DNA of 64,000 nucleotides from an uncultured Fibrobacteria bacterium (GCA_963716395.1 OY970309.1:3168001-3232000), one strand, 5' to 3'. Shown: positions 1-10,035, numbered from the stretch's first letter. Numbers and translations: made by a program. Notes: generated by a model not told the origin, from the sequence alone.

Positions 1-366
1 CACCAAGACGCCCTGCCCCGCTTGATTCATTGCGCAGAAATCGGCATTCGCGACGTGATTTTCGACGATAATTACCCCGAGTATTGCGGCCAACGCCACC
101 GCACGGTGTCGGCCCTGCTCCACGAAAAAAAACTCGACGGATCACCGCGCTTTCCGGCCGAAAAAGCGGAGTTGGAAACGCTGTTGGAACGCTGCGAAGT
201 TTTCCCGCCCCTCTTCGACTTCGACGAGCCCATCACGGGTGAAAAAACGCGAATTGGTATACCTTCATTGTTGGGCGAGTATATTCCCCAGCGGCACGGG
301 CGATGGGAGCATTACTGGAAAGAAATGTCGAGCTATCGCTGGACCACTTTTGTTCGCCTTCGCTGA
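1..366 (+). CDS. 5'-truncated hypothetical protein, possibly the C-terminal part of a SAM-methyltransferase-like protein of the glycan locus
   Basis: Frame 1 is open from base 1 (HQDALPRLIHCAEIGIRDVIFDDNYP...) to TGA at 366. The functional guess rests on the VIFDD strand and the neighbourhood. Confidence 0.55.
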   Translation, partial: HQDALPRLIHCAEIGIRDVIFDDNYPEYCGQRHRTVSALLHEKKLDGSPRFPAEKAELETLLERCEVFPPLFDFDEPITGEKTRIGIPSLLGEYIPQRHGRWEHYWKEMSSYRWTTFVRLR

Positions 367-387
367 CACCCACCTCGGGGCGGTGCG

Positions 388-3300
388 CTAACGCGAAACC
401 GCTGCTGGCTGAATTCGATCATAATACGATCGAAAGGCGGCTAGAATTCGCGGGTCGGTCGCAATGGAGTGCGGAAAACGCGTGAGCGGCGCCGCCGCCA
501 TCCGCGTTTGGAATTGCGCGGTGCTTCCGCAATGGATTCCGGTTCCGTCCATGCCGATATTGTCGATGAGGGAGGCGGTCGGATATAGGAACTGCCCGCG
601 ATTGAGATAAACGGTCAGCACCCAATTCAAGGTCCACACGTCCTTGATTTCGCCCCGCAGAAACAGTTCGACCATGAAGGGAATATCGGTTCCGGCCTGC
701 TCCGCGTCGATGCCATGCGCCTGCACGCTTTGCCAAAGCCGGTTTAAATCCGGATCGAGCAACTGCCAGGCGCGGCGCCAGGTTCCCCATCCCCAACTGC
801 CGATTCGCGGAACGAAATAGGCGTCGAACGGGTACGAGCGCCGCAACGGTTCAGGCAGAAGTACCGAATATCCACTGACGCCGAACACACGCTCGTCGTC
901 GCGATACCGCTCCAGGGCGCGATGCATGAATTCGAAAAATCCGGGTTGGGGAACGCAGTCGTCTTCGAGCAGGATGGCGCAATCGTTTTGCAGTAGCAAA
1001 CGATCCATGGCTTCGCGCACCGCGCGGGCCAGACCGACATTCTCCGACCGTTCCACCACATGGGGGGCCGTCCAGTCGATGGCCGCGATGACCCGGCGGG
1101 TGGCTGCGACCGCCTCCGCATCCTGCGCCCCGCGCGGGCCGTCGCTGAAGAGCGTCACATTCTTCGCCCCCAAATTGCGCAGGCCTTCGAGAACCCGTTC
1201 GGCATGTTGCGGCCGATTATAAACCACCACGGCCACGGGTAATTCAGCCGCCCCCGCATTTCGGCCTCCGGGAATGAAGGTTGTCTCGGCTTTTTGCCCG
1301 GCCGGGCTCCAATCTTCACGGGAAGCCTGCGGTTGTTCGGCGGCCACGGTGGCCACGATGCGAATCTGAAAATTGCCGTTCTGTCGGGCCCAACGCTCGC
1401 AGGCGCGATGGAATTCGGCTTCGCCCACGCGCGCAAACAGCGCTTCGTAATCGGGGGGCCACTGATGCTGAAGGGCCTCCACCCGATCGACCCGAAATCC
1501 GGCCGCGGCGAACAAATTCCCCAAGGTCATGGGATTCCAGGTATAGAGATGGTTATTCACGTCGCCCGGATGATACTCTTGGTGCGGCCCTTCATGCGGC
1601 ACCACAAAAACCGCCACGCCCCCTGGCTTTACCTTCGATCGCAACGCCACCAAGGTTTCGTAGGGCGTTTGCGCTTGCTCCAGGGCATGGTTGGAGATGA
1701 GTACATCGGCCCATCCATCCGGCACGTCGGCCACGCTGGAAACCGTGTCGATTCCGGTTTTCAGGGAGGCCTCCTTGCGCGCCGCGGTGTTGACTTCGAT
1801 TCCGAGCTTGCGGCGGGCGGGAAGATTCTTGAGCAAATATCCGCCGCCGCAGCCGAAATCGAGAAGGGTGCGCTGCTCGCCGGCGAACTCCTCAAACTTG
1901 AAGATGTTGGCCACGCCCCCGAAGGCGCCGATGCTTTTTTGCCACTCGAAATACTTCGCCCCGTAATGGTCCGATTCCGGCCGCGCGTCTTGGATGTCTG
2001 CCGCAATCCCTTCGCCGCCGGCCGGCATTGAGGGATGGGCCCAGAGTAGCTCCACGGTTTCCTCCAGGTCGCGCCAATGCGGCAGCACCTGTACCGACGG
2101 AACCGGGTACGAAACCCGTACCGCTTCGCGGAATGCTTCTCTGGCTTCGCTGCGACGATTTTGGCCCAGGAACATCAAGCCGTTCCAAAAATGCAGGTAG
2201 CCATCGAGGCGGGCATCTTTGCCCAGCATTTGCCCCAGGGTGTCGCGAAAGGGTGAAGGCAGGCGCGTGATTTTTTTTTCGACGCTGTAAATGGCCTCGC
2301 GCTCCGGCGCTGCCGCCGTCGAAAAACCCAGGCTTTGCCGCAACGCCGCGACGATTTCATTGCCGGAATGATCGCGTTGCAGTTCTTCGACCCAATTGCG
2401 GCTGAACGCAAACTCCGACCCGCTGCGGCAGAAGGGTTTCTCTTCGCTTTTGCGGCCGCAGGCCAGCGTCGAACAAATTTGGTGGTGGGTCAACAGCGAA
2501 CGGCCGAATTCCTGCCAGACCCGCCAGGGCCCCGGCCAGCCGGGCTCGACGTCGTGAAAGGCGACCCATCCTCCGGTTTTTACGTGTGGGTAAATATCGC
2601 GGAAATCTTTGAGCACGTCGATGTATTCATGCGAGGCGTCGATGAACACAAAATCGACCTTGGGATAGGCTTCGCCCCAATGCGAAAGAATTTCATAGGT
2701 GTTGCCCCGGAGCGGAGTGGCAATGTTTTGCAGTCCCAGTCGTTCCAGGTGTCCACTCCACACGCTCTGAAAATCCTGGGAGCGGCCCATGATGCCGTCG
2801 TTGCCGGCGAAGGTATCGATGGAGAATATCCGCCGGTGCGTGCCAAGGCAGGCAAAGGCCATGGCGCAGGTCGAACGCCCGTGATTGCAGCCCATTTCCA
2901 GAATCACTGCGTCATCCGGAAGCGACTTCACCATATTGAACAGGAATTCTTCCTGACCCGGCACCAACCACCCCTTGACCGAATCCACCCGTGTATGCAC
3001 CTCACGATAGGATTGGATCACGTCGGATTTGGTTGCGGCACCGGCTTCGATTTCGCGCCCGGGCGCCGGAGAAAAATCCGCCGAGACCACCTCCGGGCGG
3101 TCCACCGCTTCCGCTCGTCCGCACGCCCGCATCAGTTCTTCGTAAGCCCGAGTGAGTTCGGGATCCTCCGGGTGATGATCCAGGGCTTCGGTATAGGACT
3201 TCAATGCCAGCTCCAACTGGCCGGTCATGCGGTAGAGCAGTCCCATTTCCGCAGGATCGGCTTGCGGTTCTCCGATGGGAAAGACGACCAGCAGTGGTCC

Positions 3301-5475
3301 CGGAACGCGGTGGAATCGCTTTTCATCGGTAAACCAATCCTGAAAAATCCGGCGACCCACATCCGAGAGATATTCGAATTCGCCCTCCGCGAGGCTTTCA
3401 AAATACCGAACCCAGGTCGAGCGGCGGACCACGGCACAAGCCAATAGCTGACGGGGATCCTCAAAGTTCACGCAACATTTTATGGCCGCCGCAAATGAAA
3501 TGAAGTGCGGCTGTTGATTGAAGCAGGTTCCTTCGATGGTTGCGTCTTGGCGGCAAATCCAACCCCCGAAAACGACACCTTCCGCGGCGGCATGATCCCG
3601 CTGCGTGAGAAAATCGACCGCGGTCTGGTACATCGATTCATCCGGCAAGATATTGTCCGCGGTTAAACAAATGAACTCCGCCGTTGAGGTCTGGGCCGCA
3701 GCGTATAATTTTTGAATCAGGGATCGCGGCGCCTCTACCGGCGACGATGGCATCCTGGTGACGACCAGGTACCGATGGCGGGAACGCCGCAGCATCTGGT
3801 CCCAGGACGGCCGGCCGGGCAAGTTCGACGTTTCCGGGCGCAGCAGCAATACCTCGGCGCGGGATGGATCCGATCCAGCTTGGACGCGGACGTCCCGGTA
3901 GCGCGCTTCGATCGAATTCATCGTCTGATCGATGAAAATATTTTCTTCCGCTTCCGCGGACTCCGGGCGCAATCCGGGAATCGGGTGTAATGGAGCGGCC
4001 GCGAGAATATGCTTGCATACCTGATCGAGAACAGCATCGCGGCCGGGCGCAAGATCGGCCGGCCCGCCGAAGCGAAGATCCGATTCGTACACGTTCTTGA
4101 TACCGAAGCTTCGAAAGTGATAGCTCATGCGGAAATATAAAAATTGTGCGTAACGGTATGCACGGCGAAAATCCCGCCGCGCTTGATCGGGGGTGCGGTG
4201 CAGCGCCCGCTCCAAGGCCGGGGCGTAATCCTCCAGGCATTGCACCCATTCCATCCCCATTTCCTTGTACATGGACTGCGAGACGCACAAGGTCGGGATC
4301 CCGCGGATCGCCGCCTCCGCCGCGAAAGTGGTCATGAAGCTGACCGCCACATCCACATGCGCAAGCAATGCGTAGGAGGTCAATCTTTCATTGGGCATTA
4401 TCACGCGTACGTGTTCTTCCAACTCCGCATTCAGCCGGATCATGTCCCGGATGAACGCAACCCCTTTGCCATGATCTCTGCCATTATTAGGGTGGTGCCG
4501 GATCACAAGTGTGTGGCCCTGTTCCTTGCATATCCGAACCGTCTTGAGGATCCATTCCTTTTGGGTGGCGAAAGTGCTGCGAATTTGACTCTGGGAAATT
4601 CCAACTTCCCAATCTCCAGAAGTGAAAAGTCCTACGACCTTTGATCCCTGCGTTAGACGCAGGGTGTTGCGCACCGATTCCGATCTCATTGCATAGGTAT
4701 ACATCGCCGGCCTGTTCGTGTTTTTGCCCAACTCCCTTTCTTCGAAATAGCTCTGCACCTGCGTGCATTCCGAAAGGGTCAGAGGGACCTCCTCCCAATG
4801 GCGCCGCCAAATCTGGTAGCGACCCGTGCGGGAATAACTATGCTGGCTATCGAGCAATAAAAAGGAATCGTTCACGAGGCCGCGTTCATGCACCAAAACA
4901 GGAATCCCGGATTCCTGACAGGCTTCAAAAAAAATCCGATAGTGCGCGAGCACCGCATTGTAGCACAGGGCGTGGTGGGGCTGGAACTCCCTGATCGCGC
5001 GCCGGGCCGCACGCGTCAGCAAGGCTCCGTTGCGGAGAAAACTGCGGCTCATGGCGATGACATCCGGCCGAGTCAGATCCAAATTTCCGGTCAGAAAATA
5101 GCCATGCAAATTACCCTGGATGGAAGCGCCAACGGGCATACTTTCAAAGAGGGCGGAAGAAAATTCTTTGGGGTCCAGCCGGTGAGCCCATTCCTGGGCA
5201 TCCTGGCGATCTTGGTTCGAAAGAAATTTCCCCAGATCGAGATGGGATAATCCAAAATTGGCAAACCAATTCACGCCGCTCTGTCGACATTCGGTGCATT
5301 TCTTCGGGGTCGGCGGCTTTCCCGCGTTCGGGCAATTCTCAAATATTTCGTCGCAGGTCAAGACCTGGACTTCGCAACCGCGCTGTTGCAACGCGCATCC
5401 CAAAACCCCGTCAAGCTGATGATGAACTTTCCAGGTTCCGTAGGGAGCGAAAATCAAAATTTTCTTGGCGCCCAA
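388..5475 (-). CDS. Giant multidomain glycan biosynthesis protein: capsule-synthesis-like GT-B domain, degenerate GT-A-like region, TPR, two class I SAM methyltransferases, C-terminal GT-A glycosyltransferase
   Basis: 1695-aa ORF with TTG start preceded by AAGGAG. Motifs: VHERG and IRHHPN (KpsC/KpsS-like); EMGLLYRMTGQLELALKSYTEAL (TPR); LEMGCNHGRST...FIDASHEY (Methyltransf_24-like); LLDFGCGGGYLL; YNRPQH...SDGP...ILLEDDC...SWGWGTW. Confidence 0.85.
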   Translation of the reverse strand: MGAKKILIFAPYGTWKVHHQLDGVLGCALQQRGCEVQVLTCDEIFENCPNAGKPPTPKKCTECRQSGVNWFANFGLSHLDLGKFLSNQDRQDAQEWAHRLDPKEFSSALFESMPVGASIQGNLHGYFLTGNLDLTRPDVIAMSRSFLRNGALLTRAARRAIREFQPHHALCYNAVLAHYRIFFEACQESGIPVLVHERGLVNDSFLLLDSQHSYSRTGRYQIWRRHWEEVPLTLSECTQVQSYFEERELGKNTNRPAMYTYAMRSESVRNTLRLTQGSKVVGLFTSGDWEVGISQSQIRSTFATQKEWILKTVRICKEQGHTLVIRHHPNNGRDHGKGVAFIRDMIRLNAELEEHVRVIMPNERLTSYALLAHVDVAVSFMTTFAAEAAIRGIPTLCVSQSMYKEMGMEWVQCLEDYAPALERALHRTPDQARRDFRRAYRYAQFLYFRMSYHFRSFGIKNVYESDLRFGGPADLAPGRDAVLDQVCKHILAAAPLHPIPGLRPESAEAEENIFIDQTMNSIEARYRDVRVQAGSDPSRAEVLLLRPETSNLPGRPSWDQMLRRSRHRYLVVTRMPSSPVEAPRSLIQKLYAAAQTSTAEFICLTADNILPDESMYQTAVDFLTQRDHAAAEGVVFGGWICRQDATIEGTCFNQQPHFISFAAAIKCCVNFEDPRQLLACAVVRRSTWVRYFESLAEGEFEYLSDVGRRIFQDWFTDEKRFHRVPGPLLVVFPIGEPQADPAEMGLLYRMTGQLELALKSYTEALDHHPEDPELTRAYEELMRACGRAEAVDRPEVVSADFSPAPGREIEAGAATKSDVIQSYREVHTRVDSVKGWLVPGQEEFLFNMVKSLPDDAVILEMGCNHGRSTCAMAFACLGTHRRIFSIDTFAGNDGIMGRSQDFQSVWSGHLERLGLQNIATPLRGNTYEILSHWGEAYPKVDFVFIDASHEYIDVLKDFRDIYPHVKTGGWVAFHDVEPGWPGPWRVWQEFGRSLLTHHQICSTLACGRKSEEKPFCRSGSEFAFSRNWVEELQRDHSGNEIVAALRQSLGFSTAAAPEREAIYSVEKKITRLPSPFRDTLGQMLGKDARLDGYLHFWNGLMFLGQNRRSEAREAFREAVRVSYPVPSVQVLPHWRDLEETVELLWAHPSMPAGGEGIAADIQDARPESDHYGAKYFEWQKSIGAFGGVANIFKFEEFAGEQRTLLDFGCGGGYLLKNLPARRKLGIEVNTAARKEASLKTGIDTVSSVADVPDGWADVLISNHALEQAQTPYETLVALRSKVKPGGVAVFVVPHEGPHQEYHPGDVNNHLYTWNPMTLGNLFAAAGFRVDRVEALQHQWPPDYEALFARVGEAEFHRACERWARQNGNFQIRIVATVAAEQPQASREDWSPAGQKAETTFIPGGRNAGAAELPVAVVVYNRPQHAERVLEGLRNLGAKNVTLFSDGPRGAQDAEAVAATRRVIAAIDWTAPHVVERSENVGLARAVREAMDRLLLQNDCAILLEDDCVPQPGFFEFMHRALERYRDDERVFGVSGYSVLLPEPLRRSYPFDAYFVPRIGSWGWGTWRRAWQLLDPDLNRLWQSVQAHGIDAEQAGTDIPFMVELFLRGEIKDVWTLNWVLTVYLNRGQFLYPTASLIDNIGMDGTGIHCGSTAQFQTRMAAAPLTRFPHSIATDPRILAAFRSYYDRIQPAAVSR

Positions 5476-5916
5476 GCAGCACTCCTTTCAAACCCCAATA
5501 CCTTGAGAATCCTGATCCGTCGGACTGCAAACCATTATGCCATACGATTTCCAGCAGGTTCAAGAAACCATGCGTTCCAAAAAGCAGTGGTTGGAAATTG
5601 GAGCGGAAATAAATCTATCACTTACAATTCCACGGTACTTTTGGGTTCTTCTCATCATGTCTTTCTACCTGAACCGGCTCTGCGCCGACGCCCGGGCCAA
5701 GTTTGTCGCGTTTTCCTCTTCCGGAGCGGTATTCAAGCCCTATTGCCTCCTTCGCGCTGCTGCCTGTCGGCTTGACTGCGCTCGCCGAAGTCCTCGGTTT
5801 CGCCCGGTACGCGCTTACGGAATTCATTTTTAGAGGCGGCCTTTACCGCCGGGCTAAAGAAAAGGCCTCCAACTTCCGAAAGAAGGGTAGTCCATCTTCC
5901 AAAGAACCGGGTCCGC

Positions 5917-7080
5917 ATGCACATCCCCTTATTGAAAAACAAATCGATTCTGATCACCGGAGGGACCGGGTCATTCGGAAAAAAATTCGTCCGCATGACC
6001 TTGGAACGCTATTCTCCCTCGCGGATTGTCGTTTATTCCCGAGATGAAATGAAGCAATGGGACATGGCGAATGAATTTTCCCATCACCCGCACAAGCAGC
6101 GCATCCGTTTTTTTTTAGGTGACGTCCGCGACAAGGATCGCCTGCACCGGGCTCTCAACGGAATCGATTACGTGGTTCATGCCGCCGCGTTGAAAATCGT
6201 TCCGGCCGCGGAATACAACCCTTTTGAATTTATCAAAACCAACATCAATGGAGCGATGAATATCATCGACTGCGCCATCGATCAGGGCGTTAAAGGTGTG
6301 GTGGCGCTGAGCACCGACAAAGCCTGCAACCCCATCAATCTTTATGGAGCCACCAAGCTGTGCTCAGACAAACTCTTCGTCGCGGGGAACTCCTATAGTC
6401 GACCGAAACAGACGCGCTTTTCCGTCGTTCGATATGGAAATGTGATGGGGAGCCGAGGATCGGTGATCCCCATGTTTCGAACCGTCAGGCCGTCCGGCGT
6501 TCTTCCCATCACCGACGCACGCATGACCCGATTCATGATCACCCTGGAAGAAGGGGTTGAATTGGTATGGCAAGCCATAGAGGAATCGGTGGGCGGTGAA
6601 ATTTTTGTAAAAAAGATTCCTTCGATGAAAGTCGTCGACGTCGCCCGCGTCGTGGCGCCGAAAGCCGAATTGAAAACGATTGGAATCCGGCCCGGAGAGA
6701 AGCTGCACGAGCAGATGATCAGCGCTGAAGATGCCAATACCACGTATGAATATCCCGAATATTACAAGATTCTCCCCTCTATCAACGATTGGCACCGCGA
6801 TCCGGCCCGCATCGGTACCGGAAGCAAGGTGAAAGCAGACTTCCACTATTCCAGCGATTGCAACCCGCAATGGATGTCGCCCCAAAGTTTAAGGGATTGG
6901 ATGTTACGGGAATACGGGCCCGAGGAGGAGAATTGGGTCGGTAAAACGCAGGAAGATGGGATTTCCGATTGGCTGCCACGGAACGATTCTTTCCGTCCCG
7001 AACCGAATTTCCATAGTAAATCACCGATCTCCCATCCACAATACAACCCCGGGGCCACAATCCCAATGATTTCAAAATGA
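5917..7080 (+). CDS. pseB: UDP-N-acetylglucosamine 4,6-dehydratase (inverting)
   Basis: ITGGTGSFG, YSRDEMKQ, HAAALKIVPAAEYNPFE, LSTDKACNPINLYGATK, VRYGNVMGSRGSV and IRPGEKLHE are PseB/FlaA1 hallmarks. Confidence 0.93.
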   Translation: MHIPLLKNKSILITGGTGSFGKKFVRMTLERYSPSRIVVYSRDEMKQWDMANEFSHHPHKQRIRFFLGDVRDKDRLHRALNGIDYVVHAAALKIVPAAEYNPFEFIKTNINGAMNIIDCAIDQGVKGVVALSTDKACNPINLYGATKLCSDKLFVAGNSYSRPKQTRFSVVRYGNVMGSRGSVIPMFRTVRPSGVLPITDARMTRFMITLEEGVELVWQAIEESVGGEIFVKKIPSMKVVDVARVVAPKAELKTIGIRPGEKLHEQMISAEDANTTYEYPEYYKILPSINDWHRDPARIGTGSKVKADFHYSSDCNPQWMSPQSLRDWMLREYGPEEENWVGKTQEDGISDWLPRNDSFRPEPNFHSKSPISHPQYNPGATIPMISK

Positions 7081-7200
7081 CATCGCCAAATTAAATCGGG
7101 CAAGGATGGAAGGATATAGTGTTTTAAAATTTGCTTGGAAAAGATTGAATAAAATGAATAGTCATCCAATCCCAATATCTGTTTGTTAGGCGCGAACTGT

Positions 7201-8142
7201 ATGCAATCCGTGCCCGCCTTTGCCGAACATTCTTCTGATTCCGTGATCTGTTTCTGTTTCAATAAAACCAGCCAACAGTTGCAGGAAGCCCATTCTCGGT
7301 TGGGGAGCTTGACAAAAGTACAGCGGGAGTGCGGCGCCGGAACAAAATGCGGAGGTTGCCGGCTTCTTCTGGAATCCATATTTAATGAGAGGCCGGAAGA
7401 AATCCTGAAATTGGGGCGGCACGGAGGCGATCGGAATATTTGTGTAAGACAAGGCCAACGCTTGATGAAGGGGTTTGTGATCGCCGATCATCGACTGAAT
7501 ACGGTGGTCTATTCATCGAACTGTGCCCCGCCGCAATTTGGCGAACAGGATATGACCATGCCTGTGGCCTACATGCTGCTGGATTCATCTGGAAAGCCCG
7601 TTCTCCATCGCACGGCCATCATCGGAACCAACGAGACATTCAGTTTCGACGCGCGCAAGGAGAATATTCCCAAACCCTTTTATGGCATGTTCCTTTTCAA
7701 TATTGGAAGGGCGAATTATGGCGCCGGACGCTTCAACTCGGTGTGGACGAACGGCATTTCTGCATGTTCCACGCACGAAGTAAACAATTCAGGGCGCCCT
7801 TCGGTGGTCTTGCCCACCTTGGTGGATCTGGAATTCTCACGAGGATCGAATTCCATCCACCTCGCTTTGCAGAATCCGCATGCATATCCCATCCGATTAA
7901 AGTTCCAGATTTTCGCAGAAGCGGGGAATGAAGTATTGTGCCGTTATCTCGATATGCCGGTATTAACCACGAAATGGTTGAATGTATCCAAAGAAATATT
8001 CGAACCGATACTGGCAGAAAAACCCACTTTGAGGCTTGGCTTACGCATCGAAAGCGCCCCGGTGGACGTGAAGTTTTCCCCGACGATTTATTTCTTCATT
8101 CACAATCTTAATACGGATCTATGGAGCGCCAACCACCTTTAA
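7201..8142 (+). CDS. BFD-like [2Fe-2S]-binding domain fused to an unknown beta-rich domain
   Basis: VICFCFN...CGAGTKCGGC (C-x-C-x30-C-x2-C) at the N-terminus. The remainder is unrecognised. ATG at 7201 is preferred over the 7183 start in the ORF track. Confidence 0.75.
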   Translation: MQSVPAFAEHSSDSVICFCFNKTSQQLQEAHSRLGSLTKVQRECGAGTKCGGCRLLLESIFNERPEEILKLGRHGGDRNICVRQGQRLMKGFVIADHRLNTVVYSSNCAPPQFGEQDMTMPVAYMLLDSSGKPVLHRTAIIGTNETFSFDARKENIPKPFYGMFLFNIGRANYGAGRFNSVWTNGISACSTHEVNNSGRPSVVLPTLVDLEFSRGSNSIHLALQNPHAYPIRLKFQIFAEAGNEVLCRYLDMPVLTTKWLNVSKEIFEPILAEKPTLRLGLRIESAPVDVKFSPTIYFFIHNLNTDLWSANHL

Positions 8143-8900
8143 CCGTCACCGAAGAGGGAATGTCGGTTATCATGCAGGCGGCCTTCCTGCCGTCCACCGA
8201 TCAATATTCGACCGTGATTCGGCATTTTCCGGGAAACAACGCGCATGCGCCCTGGGGGTTGCATGGTTCGTTTTTCTTCGAGGTGAAGATATTCGAAAAT
8301 GGAAAGCTGGTCGGCACGGGCCGAAGTGCCGTATGTGACGAAACCGGCAGCCTGGAGATGAATGTCGGCGAAGTTGCTGAGCGATGCGGGCACGCCGTAA
8401 AAGGGATGTTTGTGGTGGAATATCACCACGCAAAGGATATCCCGATTGAACTATATGTGTTTTATATTCACAAATCTTCCGGCACGTATTTGGCCTGTAA
8501 TGCGGGAATGTTTGCCGGAGATATGCTTTATCCCAGGGTCCACACGGAGCAAATGGAAAATACGCTTTTCTGGCCGGGCATGCTCACCAATACTGAAAAC
8601 GAAATGCGCCTTTTAATTATAAACCCCTACCATGTCAAAATGGGTTTCCAGATCCACGTTTTCGGAAAGGGTGAGGTTTTAGATCGCTCGAAAATGATTC
8701 ATCTTATGCCTAAACACGCGCAGGATTTCCCGGTATTCAATCCATATAACAACTCGGAGCACGACATTACTGACGTCAGCGAGGATATTTCTTTTTGTGT
8801 TTCTTCACAGTACAAGTTGGTGGCCTATGTAATGTTCAAGAGTCGCAAGAGCCAAATTATGACGATGCTTGATCATATGCACAACTTTTGCCTTGCTTGA
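8121..8900 (+). CDS. Hypothetical protein, apparent paralog of the C-terminal part of the upstream BFD-domain protein
   Basis: 259-aa ORF (start may be 8160 or 8172). By-eye shared motifs with the upstream protein, e.g. RLLIINPYHVKMGFQIHVF vs HLALQNPHAYPIRLKFQIF. Confidence 0.7.
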   Translation: MERQPPLTVTEEGMSVIMQAAFLPSTDQYSTVIRHFPGNNAHAPWGLHGSFFFEVKIFENGKLVGTGRSAVCDETGSLEMNVGEVAERCGHAVKGMFVVEYHHAKDIPIELYVFYIHKSSGTYLACNAGMFAGDMLYPRVHTEQMENTLFWPGMLTNTENEMRLLIINPYHVKMGFQIHVFGKGEVLDRSKMIHLMPKHAQDFPVFNPYNNSEHDITDVSEDISFCVSSQYKLVAYVMFKSRKSQIMTMLDHMHNFCLA

Positions 8901-9105
8901 TTGTTTTCACTAATCAAAATTCAGAGGTATTTGCGTGCTTAGACCAAGCTTCATTTTCCGTATATTGGGAAAGGTATCCAAAAGCAAATTTCGGCAAACT
9001 TGGTTCACCTTGCCTTTAGGCGAAGGTTGTTCCTAGTCAAATGCCGCTTCGAATGCGCCGCCGTTGTCGATTGGGCCAACTCCCGTTCACCGGGATTGCG
9101 ATATT

Positions 9106-10029
9106 TCACCGCCAAAGAAAAAACGCCCCGGGCTTCAACTCTTGCCCCAATCCCGTCACCCATTGCCCGATCTCCGATTTCGCATCGGAATCGAGAAAGC
9201 GTTCCAGCCGGCTTTTGGGTTTGGGCTCTTCGTCCCAGGCGATATCGGCGGAAACCCCCGCGGTGTGCTCCAGATACCGCTTGGCCGCATCGAGCCCGCC
9301 CAAGGTGTCGATGAGGCCCGCGCGCAGGGCCTGACGGCCGGTCAGAACACGGCCGTCGGCGATGGGACGCAGCACATTGAGCTGCAAATGGCGGTTTTCG
9401 GCCACGTCCTGCAGAAATTGCGCATAGGTGTCGTTGATCACATTTTGCAAGTAAGCCAACTCGGCGGCCGTGGGAATGCGGTCGGGGTTGCCGACGTCTT
9501 TGAGGGCGCCGCTTTTCACGGTTTGCAGCGACAGGCCGAGTTTGTCGAGCAGTTTTTGCGCTTCGGGGAATTGAAAGATGACGCCAATGCTGCCGGTCAA
9601 GGTGCCGGGGTTGGCGAAGATTTTGTCGCCGGCCAGCGCGATGTAATAGGCGCCGGAGGCCGCGACATTGCCGCAGCTTACCACCAGCGGCAGGCCGTGC
9701 TCGCGCAGCCTTTTCAGCGCGGCGTAGATCTCCTGCGAAGAGCCCACGGCCCCGCCCGGCGAGTCGACGCGCAGCAGCAGTCCCTTGCATTCGCGGTCTT
9801 TGCCAATTCGCGACAAGATCGAGAGCATGTCCTCGGATTCGAAGATGGGGCCTTCGATGCGCAGCATGGTGAGGTGCGCGTGCTTTTCGGGAATCCAGCC
9901 GCCGGCCACGTGCCCGACCATGTCGGCCACCGAGCGGATCATGGCGAACAAAGCGATCACGGCGATCACCGCGAGCAGAATGAGGGCCTTGGCGAATTTC
10001 GACAGGCCTGCGGGTTTGGAAGGATCCAT
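9106..10029 (-). CDS. sppA: Signal peptide peptidase SppA (36K type, peptidase S49)
   Basis: N-terminal TM; LRVDSPGGAV, VAASGAYYIA, TGSIGVI, KSGALKD, ADGRVLTGRQAL. Confidence 0.93.
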   Translation of the reverse strand: MDPSKPAGLSKFAKALILLAVIAVIALFAMIRSVADMVGHVAGGWIPEKHAHLTMLRIEGPIFESEDMLSILSRIGKDRECKGLLLRVDSPGGAVGSSQEIYAALKRLREHGLPLVVSCGNVAASGAYYIALAGDKIFANPGTLTGSIGVIFQFPEAQKLLDKLGLSLQTVKSGALKDVGNPDRIPTAAELAYLQNVINDTYAQFLQDVAENRHLQLNVLRPIADGRVLTGRQALRAGLIDTLGGLDAAKRYLEHTAGVSADIAWDEEPKPKSRLERFLDSDAKSEIGQWVTGLGQELKPGAFFLWR

Positions 10030-10035
10030 ACAACC

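Noticed and set aside
5526-5542. Sigma54-like promoter TGGCATAATGGTTTGCA upstream of the giant GT gene (minus strand)
   Set aside because: The GG-to-GC spacing is one base too long for the strict -24/-12 rule. It would fit only if the TTT run were a sequencing overcall.
5537-6047. Small ORFs 5537-5833 and 5703-6047 between the giant gene and pseB
   Set aside because: No recognisable motif. A frameshift-joined membrane peptide is conceivable but would overlap pseB by about 130 nt.
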